Shown here one piece after another: positions 9,405-19,939 of a DNA stretch of 39,883 bases. The stretch lies in the sequence record NC_048002.1; one strand, written 5' to 3'. Each line of letters begins with the position of its first letter. The stretch's first letter is position 1. The position numbers and the translations under genes were made by a program. Under the pieces are notes generated by a model, which saw only the letters and a list, made by a program, of their open reading frames with translations, searched no databases and was not told where the DNA came from. The stretch comes from Escherichia phage SRT7.

Positions 9405-11822
9405 TTAGTCAATTAGACGGTTAATCTTCGCTTTGGTGTCCTTAGGTGCCTTGGCGGTTTTCCGCTTAGGCTTTGGTGCGATAGGCTCACCGGACTGGAG
9501 GTCCTTACGAATCTCACCACCGTAGATGCTGTTAGGCACCTGAGCTTTCTTAGCGCGTACACGTTTAGAGCCAGCTTCACGAGCAGACTTAGCCGCCGTG
9601 ATAGGTGCTCGCTTATTGGCGTCCTTCAGGGCCTGTTCAAGTTTAGCCTTGTCCTTCGCCTGTTGCTCAGCAGCACGTTTAGCGTTCGCATCGTCTTCGG
9701 CCTTCTGTGCCTCAATCATATCAGCGCGAGAGATAATCTTAGGCATCTGACCAGCAGCACCAGTGATAAGCACGATATCTTGGTCAGCGTTGTAGTTCAC
9801 ATTAACGTAGGCGCTTGAGATTTTACCCTCGGTAGCCACTTGGTTAATGAACCCTTCCATGTGACGCTTGCCGTTGGTTGCATCAAACCCGTTGCCATTC
9901 TCAAGGAATGACGTAGGGATAGCACCCTGTAGGCGACCAGCAGTGTTCCCAGAGCCACCGGCGCTAAACGTGGTAGTGAACCCCTCAGCCATCCTATCGG
10001 CGGCTTTAAGGGCTTTCCGTGTGTCTCCGTGGTCGTGCATCTCAGCGAGGTACACTTGGTAAGCTGCACCAGCCTCATCGTGGCTCATGTAGTTCAGGTG
10101 CGGATACTGACCGGAGTTCGTCAGGAAATTCTCATAGGAGGCAGCACCTTTATCAGGCTTCTTACTCAGAGAGTTTCGCTCACGTTCGCCTTTAACGAAC
10201 TGCTCGTTAGTCAGGCCGTACTTCTTCATGGTGTACATCTGGGCAATCAGCTCGCCCTGCTCAGGGAATAACTTAACGAACCCCGCAGGGTCAGCCTCGT
10301 AGTACGCCTTGAGTTGGTCCAGCTCGGTCCCTTTAAGTTCAGCACCACGAAGGATAGCACCAGACAAATCGTTGGTTGCAGCTTCAACGCTTGGAGCCAT
10401 AACCTTCTGAGGCCACCCGGTCTTCCCGGAGACACTCGCCAGCTTCATCCACTGTTGAGCCTTTTGCTCAGGGGACAGGTTCGGGTCATTCATGATATCA
10501 TTACGATACTTGTTGAATGCGTTCGTGAAGTCTTCCTCTTTGTACTCACCAGTGTTGTCGTCGGTAGGCATCGTTGAGGTACTCAAAGGAACCGCAAAGT
10601 CACCATTCATCGCTCGCGTAATGTTTCCGTACACGTTTGTCTCACGGTTGAACTTCTGGTTGGCCTTATCATTCTCAGTTGTCTTCTTAGCCGTCTCACG
10701 CGCAAGTCGGTCCTTAAGGGACTGCTCAACACGGTCGATACGGTCTAGGGCTGCTGTTTGTGCGCTACCCGGCTGCATCTTGTTGTAGAAGTCCCGCTGC
10801 TTACGCAACTCCTCCAGACCCAGATTGATGTCGGTAGAGCGCTCAATACCGCCCATAGTTGACTCAAAGATACTCGCACGTTCACGGTCCTGTGTCATTA
10901 AGGATTGGTTAGCGTTAGCGAGATATGAATCCCACGACTCCTTACCTACGTAGTCCTTAATCTTCACACGGCTACCGTATAGTTCAACTTCCTGTTCGCC
11001 AAGAGCTACCAGAGCGGCACCACCTTGCGCATGATTGGAAGTGTTCTTTACGGCATCTAGTAATACAGACTCGCGCTGCTTATCATTCAATAGGGCACCC
11101 TGACGGGTCTGCTCCAGATAGCCAGTCACCGAGGTCGCATATTGTTCACCGTTCGTCGCATTAAGACCGTGGAGTGAACCACTTAAAGTCTGCTTAGCGT
11201 TGACGATTGCAGCATTCTCGTTGAACTGAGCCTTATGTGAATCCCACACGTCATTCGTTGAGATTTCACGTTGCTGAATGTTGGACGCTAAGCCGAACTG
11301 GAAGTGCTCGTCGTTGGTGTCGATACCGTACAGCTTGGCATCCTGCTCAGCGAAGAGCTTGCGCAACTCGGCTTTGTCCTTGTTCATCTGGGCTTCATCT
11401 TCCTGACTGAACGACCCATACTTACCGTCTTTGATTCTCTGCTGAATCTCAGCGTCTGCCCGGAACGAAGCGTTAGACCCCATGTTCTCACGCATGAACT
11501 GCATGGCGAACTTGTTGTCTTGGTAACGCAAGGTCCCATCGTTGAACGCCTTACGATATTCATCAGGATTCTCACGAGCGAACTTGGTCAGCCATTCGGC
11601 CTGTTGCTTGCCAGCTTTCTCCTGTTCGTCCTCGTAGCGCCCAAAGGCAGCACCAGCCGACTTCCCGAAGTTCTCAAGGGAATCCAGAAGACCACTCTTG
11701 ACGTTGTTCGGTGTGCCAACCTGTGCAGCCTGATAGTTAGCCCCAGCGAGGGAGCCACCACGCAGACGCGAGGCAGCAGCTTGAGGATTACTCTGGAGAG
11801 CTGTTTGAATACGACTAGCCAT
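9405..11822 (-). CDS. gp15: Internal virion protein C (T7 gp15-like)
   Basis: 805 aa; position between gp14 and gp16; size and composition. Confidence 0.85.
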   Translation of the reverse strand: MASRIQTALQSNPQAAASRLRGGSLAGANYQAAQVGTPNNVKSGLLDSLENFGKSAGAAFGRYEDEQEKAGKQQAEWLTKFARENPDEYRKAFNDGTLRYQDNKFAMQFMRENMGSNASFRADAEIQQRIKDGKYGSFSQEDEAQMNKDKAELRKLFAEQDAKLYGIDTNDEHFQFGLASNIQQREISTNDVWDSHKAQFNENAAIVNAKQTLSGSLHGLNATNGEQYATSVTGYLEQTRQGALLNDKQRESVLLDAVKNTSNHAQGGAALVALGEQEVELYGSRVKIKDYVGKESWDSYLANANQSLMTQDRERASIFESTMGGIERSTDINLGLEELRKQRDFYNKMQPGSAQTAALDRIDRVEQSLKDRLARETAKKTTENDKANQKFNRETNVYGNITRAMNGDFAVPLSTSTMPTDDNTGEYKEEDFTNAFNKYRNDIMNDPNLSPEQKAQQWMKLASVSGKTGWPQKVMAPSVEAATNDLSGAILRGAELKGTELDQLKAYYEADPAGFVKLFPEQGELIAQMYTMKKYGLTNEQFVKGERERNSLSKKPDKGAASYENFLTNSGQYPHLNYMSHDEAGAAYQVYLAEMHDHGDTRKALKAADRMAEGFTTTFSAGGSGNTAGRLQGAIPTSFLENGNGFDATNGKRHMEGFINQVATEGKISSAYVNVNYNADQDIVLITGAAGQMPKIISRADMIEAQKAEDDANAKRAAEQQAKDKAKLEQALKDANKRAPITAAKSAREAGSKRVRAKKAQVPNSIYGGEIRKDLQSGEPIAPKPKRKTAKAPKDTKAKINRLID

Positions 11823-11834
11823 AATTAGACCTCC

Positions 11835-12371
11835 TTATTTCTTCCCGCCGGAAGCATACGATTGAAGTGCACCAGAACCAGCAGCAAGACCAACACCAAG
11901 TGCTTGTGACAGTTTTGACTGACCCTTTTGTTCGTTGCGTTGATTAAGTTTAACCTGTGAGTTCACAGAGTCTTGACGGGCAACGTTACCAGCAAACATT
12001 GACTGATAGTCTCGCTTGAAGTTCTCGTTGACCATTGCGTTGGCTCGGATGGACTCAGCGTCCGTAATGCGCTGTACTCGGTCCATTGAGTTACCTCCAA
12101 GAAGTCCTTCACCAATAGCGGCCCTAACAGCACCTTGGGTCTGGATAGCTTGAAGGTTGTTATTCGTAATCTCGTTGGAAGCCTCTTCGTACTTAGAGCG
12201 AATGTCCAAGTTTGTCGAAGCGTTCTCCCAGCGAGCCTGTTTCATTAGCTCAGCGTTCTGACGACGAGAGGCATCGGTCTGTTGACCAATCATCTTCGCG
12301 GTGTCATATGAACCCTTAATTGAGCTTGCAGCGCTCATAGCCGCCATACCAATCATCACAGGCCAGCACAT
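11835..12371 (-). CDS. gp14: Internal virion protein B (T7 gp14-like)
   Basis: 178 aa; MCW start and similarity to T7 gp14. Confidence 0.85.
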   Translation of the reverse strand: MCWPVMIGMAAMSAASSIKGSYDTAKMIGQQTDASRRQNAELMKQARWENASTNLDIRSKYEEASNEITNNNLQAIQTQGAVRAAIGEGLLGGNSMDRVQRITDAESIRANAMVNENFKRDYQSMFAGNVARQDSVNSQVKLNQRNEQKGQSKLSQALGVGLAAGSGALQSYASGGKK

Positions 12372-12373
12372 AG

Positions 12374-12781
12374 CTACCTCCTTATGGTGAACAGTTGGAA
12401 TTGACCATCGGCTGTAAATGTGTCTTCGAATACAGCGCCGATAGCCTTAAGGAACCGGATGTGAGACTTGTTTCCTATCCAAACGTAGTTCCAGAGAACT
12501 GGATAGCTGGCAAGCATCTTATCACGGTATTCGACGATACACTTAAAGAACTCTACCTTATGTTGTCTGTTAAGTCTCCACACTTGGTCTGACGTAACGA
12601 ACCACACTTGGTCTCCACAGTTTCCACCGATAGCAAGCGGGAACCCGGAGAGGTCTAAGGTCACACATTCGGAAGCATCCGGGAAAGCGGGTTCATGTCC
12701 AGCAGCCTTAGCTTCCATAGTATCATGGTGTGACGGGGTGAATAACTCAAAGTCATTACTTACAGTATTCCTAATGAACAT
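12374..12781 (-). CDS. gp13: Internal virion protein A (T7 gp13-like)
   Basis: 135 aa; FTPSHHD..EAKAAG..PDASECVTL..GFPLAIGGNCGDQ motif as in T7 gp13. Confidence 0.85.
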   Translation of the reverse strand: MFIRNTVSNDFELFTPSHHDTMEAKAAGHEPAFPDASECVTLDLSGFPLAIGGNCGDQVWFVTSDQVWRLNRQHKVEFFKCIVEYRDKMLASYPVLWNYVWIGNKSHIRFLKAIGAVFEDTFTADGQFQLFTIRR

Positions 12782-12807
12782 AATGTAATCCTCTTATGAA
12801 TTAGGTC

Positions 12808-12829
12808 TCTCCCTATAGTGTGGGTTAAT
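12808..12829 (-). promoter_or_regulatory. Phage RNAP promoter (phi13-like)
   Basis: Consensus 22-mer on minus strand. Confidence 0.88.
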
Positions 12830-12853
12830 GCACACCACAAGGAGAGCCTATTG

Positions 12854-15268
12854 TTAGATACCTGAAGTGCGGGACGTGTAGGCACCTTCCCAACCACAGC
12901 CGATAACGTTCAGTGGAGTTGTGTGGTCACTGAGAATACGCACAGTGTTGTACAAGGCGTTGCCAGCTACAGGGAATCGGAACTGACCAGTACCTAACGA
13001 CAACCATCCGACCCTTACGTTGTCCGAGCCTAATCGTCCCCCACCCATCGTATAGGTCCACAGTCGGCTAAGGTTCTCAACCTCAACGTCAAACGCTCCA
13101 GTGTTCTCATAGTTCAACCACGCTCGGCGTAACTGTAAGCGCCCGGTGTCTTCGGTAGAGATTGTCCCATCGTCTGCGGTCTTCTTAATGAGGAACTTAC
13201 TGAAGACATAGCGGAAGTCGAAGTTGAACCCAATGTACATCTTGACACCCTCAAGATTCCCATCGTAGACCAGCTTTGGCGCATTGTTCCAACCCACCTC
13301 TGGCTCCTCGAATCTCCACACTTTACCGTCAGGAGCTACAGAACTAATTGTTCCCTTTTCGAACTTCATGTCGTAGATGGTCATGAGGTCGATGGTGGTC
13401 TCGTTATAGTCCTCGTTGTAGGTTCCCGTTGGAATCGTGTATGGGACCTTAGCGTCCAGATAGATTCGATATGGCTCATCAGCGAAGTCCACGGTGTCCT
13501 TAGTGAACGGGATGTATCCCATGAAGACATTCTCCCCGTTCTCCATAATGACGAACATGTTGCTGTTGATGGAGCTTGCAGCAAGAATACGCACATTACT
13601 GCCGAACTCCCAATGTGACCAAGAGGCCTGACGGAGTTCTTCGTTGAGGTACAGGAACTTGTAGATGTAGATGCGAGACTCTGCACCAGACGTTAAGACA
13701 CTCGCGAAGTTCTCCGTAGAGGACCCATGAATGTTGAACACACCGTTCGGGATGTAGCTCGGTACGTGGGCTGTCATGTCCTCAGCGTTCTTGACGGCAC
13801 TCACATCCTGCACAGCGTAATACCGTGAGATTGACGTGAAGGTGGCTCGTGGTGACGCAAAGTAGACGTTACGCCCGATACCGTAAGGACGCGCCCGGTC
13901 ATACACATCGAACTGAGTCGTCAGGTTCAATTCAATGGTCTTGCTAGTCAGGACCCCAGAGGCACTCATGGTGAACTGAGCTTCATCAGACCACAGGAGC
14001 AGCTCCTCAGTGAACGGTACGGCATACTTCAGGATGGACACTCGGTTGTGCGATACTGCCACATCAATCGGGTCATCATCACTAAGGTTAGCCACACTGG
14101 ATGGGAAGAAGTTAAAGTAACGAGCTGTGCGGGAAAGAATAACGTTCTCACCAGAAAGGAACCCTAAACGATTTCGATAGAAGAACACATCGTTAATCGT
14201 AGAGCCGACGAAGGATGGGAAAGGGTTGGTATCATCATCCCCAGACTTACGGTCATTCCAATCGAGAGGCTTAAGGTCAAAGTTACCATCAGCCGCACGA
14301 ATCAGTGCATGTGGCATTGTCTCTTTGACGAACGTTAGGTCTTGGTTCCACCCAATGACTTCCTTCCAGACCTTACGGTCAGCGTCATACTGAACGTAGT
14401 ACGCATCGGCTGTCTTTGAGGTATCGCCAACGATGTGCACTAAGTAGCCATCAGGGGCAACCGGAGGTAACTTGGCGAACGTCTGGGCGTAGTGACTCAC
14501 CGGGTAGATGAGCTGGTCTGCGTAACCATCCTTCGTCGAGAAGTCCGTGATGTCAACTCCAGCAGGTGACTCAATGTAAATGTAACCTTGACCAACTGTC
14601 ACCGTCCACGTGCCGTTATTCAACTTAGCGAGGTTGGTGCGTAGCTGTGTGGCAAGGCTTTCAGCAATCACCTGAGCATCGGTCTGCTTTGAGTGTGCTG
14701 GCTGGGAACCATCAGGAAGGTCCAGTTTGGCTTGCTGTCCACCGTTAAGGTTAACGTAAAGGCTACGACCGTACTGACCACCACGTACCACAATAAGTAC
14801 GCTCTCCTTCTCCTTGAAGGTTCCACCGTTGGACTTATCCGTAGTGTTTCGACCTACAGTCTTCTTGTTGTTTGCAATGAAGGTGTAGTCGGCAATGGTA
14901 ATCATGCGCAGGTCATCGCGAGGGTTAGGTGACTGGATGTAGGACATGTCGCCACGGACCAGATACTCCTTCCCAGACAGGTCGAATACCTTAACGTCGC
15001 TCCCGGAGAAACACGCATAATACTGTTCGTACTCGTCTCGGTTAATCAGGTGGACATACGGATATTCCCCGATGTGTCCCTTAGGCCCAAGGTTCTTAGT
15101 GAACACGATAGGAGAGCGCTTCTGGAGACCTTCAGACTCTGAAGACCATCCGTTAATCTGTTCGCTACCCTGCTCGGCAAATCGTAGAATCTCCGGCTGT
15201 TGACTAATACCGCTCTTGAGGTTCTTAACGGTCTGACTTACTAATGATGTGGAACTAAAACGAGCCAT
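12854..15268 (-). CDS. gp12: Tail tubular protein B (T7 gp12-like)
   Basis: 804 aa; N-terminus ...KNLKSGISQQPEILRF matches T7 gp12. Confidence 0.92.
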   Translation of the reverse strand: MARFSSTSLVSQTVKNLKSGISQQPEILRFAEQGSEQINGWSSESEGLQKRSPIVFTKNLGPKGHIGEYPYVHLINRDEYEQYYACFSGSDVKVFDLSGKEYLVRGDMSYIQSPNPRDDLRMITIADYTFIANNKKTVGRNTTDKSNGGTFKEKESVLIVVRGGQYGRSLYVNLNGGQQAKLDLPDGSQPAHSKQTDAQVIAESLATQLRTNLAKLNNGTWTVTVGQGYIYIESPAGVDITDFSTKDGYADQLIYPVSHYAQTFAKLPPVAPDGYLVHIVGDTSKTADAYYVQYDADRKVWKEVIGWNQDLTFVKETMPHALIRAADGNFDLKPLDWNDRKSGDDDTNPFPSFVGSTINDVFFYRNRLGFLSGENVILSRTARYFNFFPSSVANLSDDDPIDVAVSHNRVSILKYAVPFTEELLLWSDEAQFTMSASGVLTSKTIELNLTTQFDVYDRARPYGIGRNVYFASPRATFTSISRYYAVQDVSAVKNAEDMTAHVPSYIPNGVFNIHGSSTENFASVLTSGAESRIYIYKFLYLNEELRQASWSHWEFGSNVRILAASSINSNMFVIMENGENVFMGYIPFTKDTVDFADEPYRIYLDAKVPYTIPTGTYNEDYNETTIDLMTIYDMKFEKGTISSVAPDGKVWRFEEPEVGWNNAPKLVYDGNLEGVKMYIGFNFDFRYVFSKFLIKKTADDGTISTEDTGRLQLRRAWLNYENTGAFDVEVENLSRLWTYTMGGGRLGSDNVRVGWLSLGTGQFRFPVAGNALYNTVRILSDHTTPLNVIGCGWEGAYTSRTSGI

Positions 15269-15283
15269 AGCGCCCTCCTTATA

Positions 15284-15874
15284 TTATCGGCTAATCTGAC
15301 CCTGAACGAACGTATCGCCATCCAGCATGTTGTAGACACCGTAATCCATTTCGTACTCCATGCACATCTGACGGGCCTCCAGCTCCTCATCTGCCAGCAT
15401 AGCCTCAACCTCAGCGGCCCCAAAGAATGAACTGTTGAATCGACGAGCAGCCTTGGTCACGATGTACGTTCGGAAACACTCAGGCATCTCATCGTAGTCA
15501 CGAAGTTTAATCATGGTCACTGTGATGCTATTGTCGAACCTGTCGGTCTTGTTCACACGGTCATAAACGTAACCACCACGGTTAACGTAAGGAGTCGCAG
15601 ACCCCTCTTGGAATATCGAAAGGAAGTCGTCGCTGTAGACAATTAGTTTACTGAAAGCATCTGGCATCAGTACAGCACCTTCCTCAATGTTGAATGTCCA
15701 GCCTCGTGATTGAACCTGACGGTTAATCTTATCGAGGACTCGACGGGCGTTCGCTACATCAGCGTTAGCGTCACCCTCAAGGGTAGAGACTGGAGGTTCA
15801 CCGATAGCAGCCAGAATGTCATTCACAGCGTACAGCTCAGCCCCTGTCTCAACGTTCATATCAAAAGCGCGCAT
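15284..15874 (-). CDS. gp11: Tail tubular protein A (T7 gp11-like)
   Basis: Start moved to internal ATG at 15874 (MRAFDMNVE..., 196 aa) with AGGAGG RBS; matches T7 gp11 N-terminus; the track N-terminal extension runs into the terminator. Confidence 0.9.
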   Translation of the reverse strand: MRAFDMNVETGAELYAVNDILAAIGEPPVSTLEGDANADVANARRVLDKINRQVQSRGWTFNIEEGAVLMPDAFSKLIVYSDDFLSIFQEGSATPYVNRGGYVYDRVNKTDRFDNSITVTMIKLRDYDEMPECFRTYIVTKAARRFNSSFFGAAEVEAMLADEELEARQMCMEYEMDYGVYNMLDGDTFVQGQISR

Positions 15875-15895
15875 AAAGCACCTCCTGTTGTCAAG

Positions 15896-15938
15896 CAAAA
15901 AACCCCTCAAGCATCCCGAAGGACACCCAAGGGGTTTC
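15896..15938 (-). terminator. T-phi-like terminator for phage RNAP, downstream of capsid gene
   Basis: Minus RNA AACCCCUUGGGUGUCCUUCGGGAUGCUUGAGGGGUUUUUUG: GU-rich hairpin plus U6; same position as T7 T-phi. Confidence 0.85.
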
Positions 15939-15940
15939 TG

Positions 15941-17136
15941 TTAGTTAGTCGTTTCGCCAGCCTCCAGAGCGGCCTTAGCAGCCCTGTTTGCAGCACGAGT
16001 GCGAGCGGCTTTCTGTTGTGGCGTAAGCTCCTCAACGACAACCTCCGGTGCATCAGCCATTAGGGCACTGAATTGGACCGGAGGAGGACTTGGAGTTACA
16101 CCAGTTTGAAAACCAGTGCACCAGCAGCTTCTGGGCGCAGACCGCCGTGACCCATCGCGTACTTAGCGATAATCTGGTCAGCCTGATACTCGGCACGACG
16201 AGCACGTTCCAGAGCCAAATCACGCAGCTTCACAGTACCGACCGCAGAACGGTGATGGAACAGGCCAGCCACGTTATCCTCAGCAACCTTAACGGTAGAG
16301 CTGGAGGTAGCCGGGAATGCGTGTTTCTGGTTGGTCGGAGCATCGTCCTTATCGTCACCTGCACCACCTGCGGTGAAGTGCGGAACCTCGACAACCTCGA
16401 AGCCCATTACGTTACGGATAGAACCAGTTTCCGGGTCAATCAGCGCAGCGTAGTTAGCAGCGTTAGGCATCAGGGCCGCCAGAATCGCAGAGTAGTACTC
16501 CGGCTTGGTGTAGAACACACGGTCACCAGCAGGTACGTAGTTGGAGGTCAGCTTAGCGCGAGCCTGAGTCAGGCCAGCAATCAGGGCTTTACCCAGAGCC
16601 ACGGAGTCAGCTTCCAGAGCGTCTTTCAGGCCACCTTCCAGAGTCAGTACGGACGGCTTACCCAGACCCGCGATGTTCTCATCAGAGGCCGCTGGCAGGT
16701 TACACAGAGCCGCAGCTTCAGCCAGAACGGAGCCATCAGCAGCCATCGCCAGAGATTCACCGAGCTGTGCGGTGTACTCAGCGGAAACGTCATAGTGGTT
16801 CATTGCGTCTTCGATGTCGTAAATCAGAACGTCAGCAGTCAGGAGACCATCAATGTTGATGACCTTCTCGGTGTGCTTGATGTCTTTACGTTTATCGTCG
16901 AGGTTCTCACCCGGTTGCAGATAGGCTGCACGAGTACGACCCAGCACAGGGAACTGCGCGGATTTACCGGAAGCAATGGAGCGAACCATATGTCGGTTAG
17001 CGGTCACGGATGCGCGAGTAAACGCGGTCAGTACTTCACCTGCGAATACCTTCAGGAACAGAGCCAGTTTGTCTGCTGCGGATTGACCTTTACCTTGGTT
17101 AGTACCAATCTGCTGTCCACCAGTTGCGTTTGCCAT
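15941..17136 (-). CDS. gp10B: Minor capsid protein 10B, made by -1 frameshift near the end of 10A
   Basis: Slippery G GTT TTC at 16109-16115; -1 frame open 55 codons to TAA at 15941; predicted 398 aa as in T7. Confidence 0.7.
16096..17136 (-). CDS. gp10A: Major capsid protein 10A
   Basis: 346 aa; MANATGGQQIGTNQGKG... near-identical in many blocks to T7 gp10A; strong RBS. Confidence 0.97.
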   Translation of the reverse strand: MANATGGQQIGTNQGKGQSAADKLALFLKVFAGEVLTAFTRASVTANRHMVRSIASGKSAQFPVLGRTRAAYLQPGENLDDKRKDIKHTEKVINIDGLLTADVLIYDIEDAMNHYDVSAEYTAQLGESLAMAADGSVLAEAAALCNLPAASDENIAGLGKPSVLTLEGGLKDALEADSVALGKALIAGLTQARAKLTSNYVPAGDRVFYTKPEYYSAILAALMPNAANYAALIDPETGSIRNVMGFEVVEVPHFTAGGAGDDKDDAPTNQKHAFPATSSSTVKVAEDNVAGLFHHRSAVGTVKLRDLALERARRAEYQADQIIAKYAMGHGGLRPEAAGALVFKLV

Positions 17137-17241
17137 GTTGAATCTCCTTCTATAAGTTTATCGAAAGTGTTTGTTGGGAGCTTACTCGCAGTGTTCCATA
17201 GTCGGCTACCTAATGGTCGGCTCTATGGGTCTTACTTTCTG

Positions 17242-17263
17242 TCTCCCTATAGTGTGGGTTAAT
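17242..17263 (-). promoter_or_regulatory. Phage RNAP promoter (phi10-like)
   Basis: Consensus 22-mer; ~110-nt leader ending AGAAGGAGATTCAACATG. Confidence 0.9.
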
Positions 17264-17268
17264 GCAAA

Positions 17269-18192
17269 TTACCAATGGAAGTTACTTGCAGCAACCTTAG
17301 CGGCTACCTCATTGCGGTACTTTGCGTCTGAGCGGTAGCGGCTATCTGACATCGCCTTGACCATATCTGCCTGTGTCTCGAAGCCTTCTACCTTAGCGGT
17401 AACGGCCTTACTCGGAGTGGCACGAGTGGTCACTGAACGTTCGGCAGGTTTACCGAAACGCTTAGCGCGGGATTGACCCGTAGCATTCAGGAGGGCCTTA
17501 ACGGTTCCCAAATCGCGGCGCATAATGGCCTCTTGGAGAGACTCAAAGCCGTCCGGGTCGTTGGTTTCCATGTGGGTAATCAACTTGTCGAACTGCTCAG
17601 CACCGCCAGCGAGGTCACGAATCTGAGACACGTAGCCCTCAACGAGAGCTTCCTGTCCCTTGATGTAACTGTCAACGAAAGCCTTAGAGTAGCCAGCAGC
17701 AGCCAGTTCCTCATAGGTTGCATCCGTGAGACCATCACCTTGATATTCTTCTTGAATACGCGCAATGGACTCGATAGGCAAACCACGCTCAGCAGCCTGA
17801 TTGACCATCTCTTGGAAGCCCTCTTCGTGCTGACCCAGCAGATCAGATGATTCGACTAGTTCGCTTGGGACTTCACCCAGAGGCGTAAACTCACCGTCTT
17901 CACCATCAGTGCCCTCAGGGGTCTGCTCAGTGCTTTCACCGTCAACGGTGGTCTCACCATTCTCAGCGTTTACTCGAACCTGCATCCGGCTCTCATCTGC
18001 TTCAGAAGCAAACTTATCGCCAGACTGATAGAGGTCTGGTTCGTTCTGGTCAAGCTCAATAGAGTCATCGCCATCACGTACCGCAACGTCCATCTCCAAC
18101 ATGTTCTGTCGGTGCTCCTCAATGTTGTTACTTGACATAACCGCATTGTTAACACCTAATGACGCATAAACGTCAGCATTTGATTCAGCCAT
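17269..18192 (-). CDS. gp9: Capsid assembly (scaffolding) protein (T7 gp9-like)
   Basis: 307 aa, highly acidic; N-terminus MAESNADVYAS matches T7 gp9. Confidence 0.92.
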   Translation of the reverse strand: MAESNADVYASLGVNNAVMSSNNIEEHRQNMLEMDVAVRDGDDSIELDQNEPDLYQSGDKFASEADESRMQVRVNAENGETTVDGESTEQTPEGTDGEDGEFTPLGEVPSELVESSDLLGQHEEGFQEMVNQAAERGLPIESIARIQEEYQGDGLTDATYEELAAAGYSKAFVDSYIKGQEALVEGYVSQIRDLAGGAEQFDKLITHMETNDPDGFESLQEAIMRRDLGTVKALLNATGQSRAKRFGKPAERSVTTRATPSKAVTAKVEGFETQADMVKAMSDSRYRSDAKYRNEVAAKVAASNFHW

Positions 18193-18271
18193 TTAGTGGA
18201 CTCCTTTAAGTTGAACGATAGGGAAGACTGAGGACTCTAACCTCTAGACTGGACTCATTTCAAACCAGTGG

Positions 18272-18293
18272 TCTCCCTATAGTGTGGGTTAAT
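18272..18293 (-). promoter_or_regulatory. Phage RNAP promoter (phi9-like)
   Basis: Consensus 22-mer on minus strand. Confidence 0.88.
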
Positions 18294-18301
18294 GCAATTT
18301 G

Positions 18302-19924
18302 TTACGCTCCCGGCATTCCAGGTTGCATCCCTACAGTGTCGGCAGCGTTAGCCATCGCCTCTGGACTTGCTGTAGCCTGTTGAGCCATACCAGCGCCACC
18401 AGCAGCAGCCATACTTTGAGTAGCCGTTTCCATACCACGTTGGGCCATAGCAGCTTGCTTCTCTTCTTCGGACATAAGGAGACCTGTGGTATCCAGCCCA
18501 ATAGAGTTCGCAATGCGCAGCTTAAGGTTGTACAGGTTGAGGTCCGGGTCCTGAGCGAGAGCGCCAAGGCCAGCACATGCGTTGATGAACTGCTCAATCT
18601 TATTCATGTCCTGACCGCGACCAATAGCTTCCAGACCAGTACTAATGGTCGGCTCTACGGCTTCGGCAGGTAACTCAGGAATCTGTTGCGTAGCTTGAAG
18701 TTGAGTCAATAAGACTCGTACCAGAGGCAATTGGAGTTCCTGAGACAGAATAGAATAGACACCACCTAAGGTATCTTCTAGTTCAGACGCAACGTATCGA
18801 ATCTCTTCGGCAGTCACTCGCTCGCCAGTACGTTGAACCGCACTGTTAAGCATAAAGGCAAACGACAAGCGACCTTCAATCTGGTCGGCAATACTCTTGG
18901 CAATCGTAAAGTCGGCAGTCTTCTCAAGTTGCAGGAAGTCAATGTCTGCACGAATACCCGGAACGTAGTCACCAGTAGCCGCCTTTGTGAGACGACGAGG
19001 CTGTGTGATACCTGCTGGGTTTACCAGACCGATTACCTTGGAGCTAATCATAGCGAACTTAATGATAGCCTCTTGGATATTCTCTAGGGACTTGAGGTCT
19101 CCCAGATACTCTTCACAATAGGATCGGCCATAAGACTCACCGTCGATGCGTACCATTCGAATCGGAATATACGGACAGGCAGTCGTTGGGTATTGTGCAT
19201 CGGTCCCATCGAGTTCGACTCCATCAACCTCTTCGTACTTCAAGAAGTCACCAGATTCGTCGTCAAGGTAGATGTGAGTATACACGTCGATTACCTCTTC
19301 ACCTTCCTTGTCACCGCTGTTAGCCACCACAGTCTTACGGACATCCTCAGGAAGGGCACCAAACGCAATCTGGTCGCGTGTTACGATTTGCAATACGTTA
19401 CCGTAGGCATCTCGTTGAACAACGTAAGCACCCAACCTGTAGAGCTTCATAGGGTTATATTTACCAGACTCAGGCTCGGGCAGGAAGAGCAGCGTGTTAC
19501 CGGATACCACCAGTTGCTTTAGTGCCTCAAAGAGAGTCACTCGGTAACTATTGGATTCCATGTAGTTCATGATGACACGCTCGACCATCGAGAGACCCTC
19601 GTCAACCTTAGCGAGTGCCGCTGGGTCTTCGAGTAGCTGCTTAGCTTCATATTCACTAATGGTCAGCTTCATCCACGTCTGCATCGGGAACAAGGCCAGC
19701 ATCAACTTGGACGCTAGGTTGTTTAACCCTCGGGCACCTACGGACTGCCACGGAGTAGCATAATCGGTAGACGAGTTGTCGGAGTCCTTAGGGAACAACG
19801 AGGGAATCGTTACTACCGCACAGTTCTCCGCACGAGTGATATAAGGTGCGCGGTCGTTGCTCAATCGGTCATAAACCGTCTTGGCCCCGTTAGCTGCAAA
19901 CCCTTCACGCTTTTGAGTAGCCAT
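18302..19924 (-). CDS. gp8: Portal / head-tail connector protein (T7 gp8-like)
   Basis: 540 aa; long identical blocks with recalled T7 gp8. Confidence 0.95.
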   Translation of the reverse strand: MATQKREGFAANGAKTVYDRLSNDRAPYITRAENCAVVTIPSLFPKDSDNSSTDYATPWQSVGARGLNNLASKLMLALFPMQTWMKLTISEYEAKQLLEDPAALAKVDEGLSMVERVIMNYMESNSYRVTLFEALKQLVVSGNTLLFLPEPESGKYNPMKLYRLGAYVVQRDAYGNVLQIVTRDQIAFGALPEDVRKTVVANSGDKEGEEVIDVYTHIYLDDESGDFLKYEEVDGVELDGTDAQYPTTACPYIPIRMVRIDGESYGRSYCEEYLGDLKSLENIQEAIIKFAMISSKVIGLVNPAGITQPRRLTKAATGDYVPGIRADIDFLQLEKTADFTIAKSIADQIEGRLSFAFMLNSAVQRTGERVTAEEIRYVASELEDTLGGVYSILSQELQLPLVRVLLTQLQATQQIPELPAEAVEPTISTGLEAIGRGQDMNKIEQFINACAGLGALAQDPDLNLYNLKLRIANSIGLDTTGLLMSEEEKQAAMAQRGMETATQSMAAAGGAGMAQQATASPEAMANAADTVGMQPGMPGA

Positions 19925-19939
19925 TGGTCACCTCCCGGT

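Noticed and set aside
15875-15910. N-terminal extensions in the ORF track (gene 11 here; likewise genes 5, 4, 3.5, 7.3, 5.5, 1.3, 2)
   Set aside because: Extensions begin at TTG or unsupported ATG codons, run into promoters or terminators, and are absent from the T7 homologues; internal starts with good RBS were used.
16090-17262. 390-aa plus-strand ORF antisense to the major capsid gene
   Set aside because: It spans exactly the most codon-biased gene on the opposite strand, has no RBS or promoter in this orientation, and no phage promoter points this way; stop-free antisense frames are expected over highly expressed genes.
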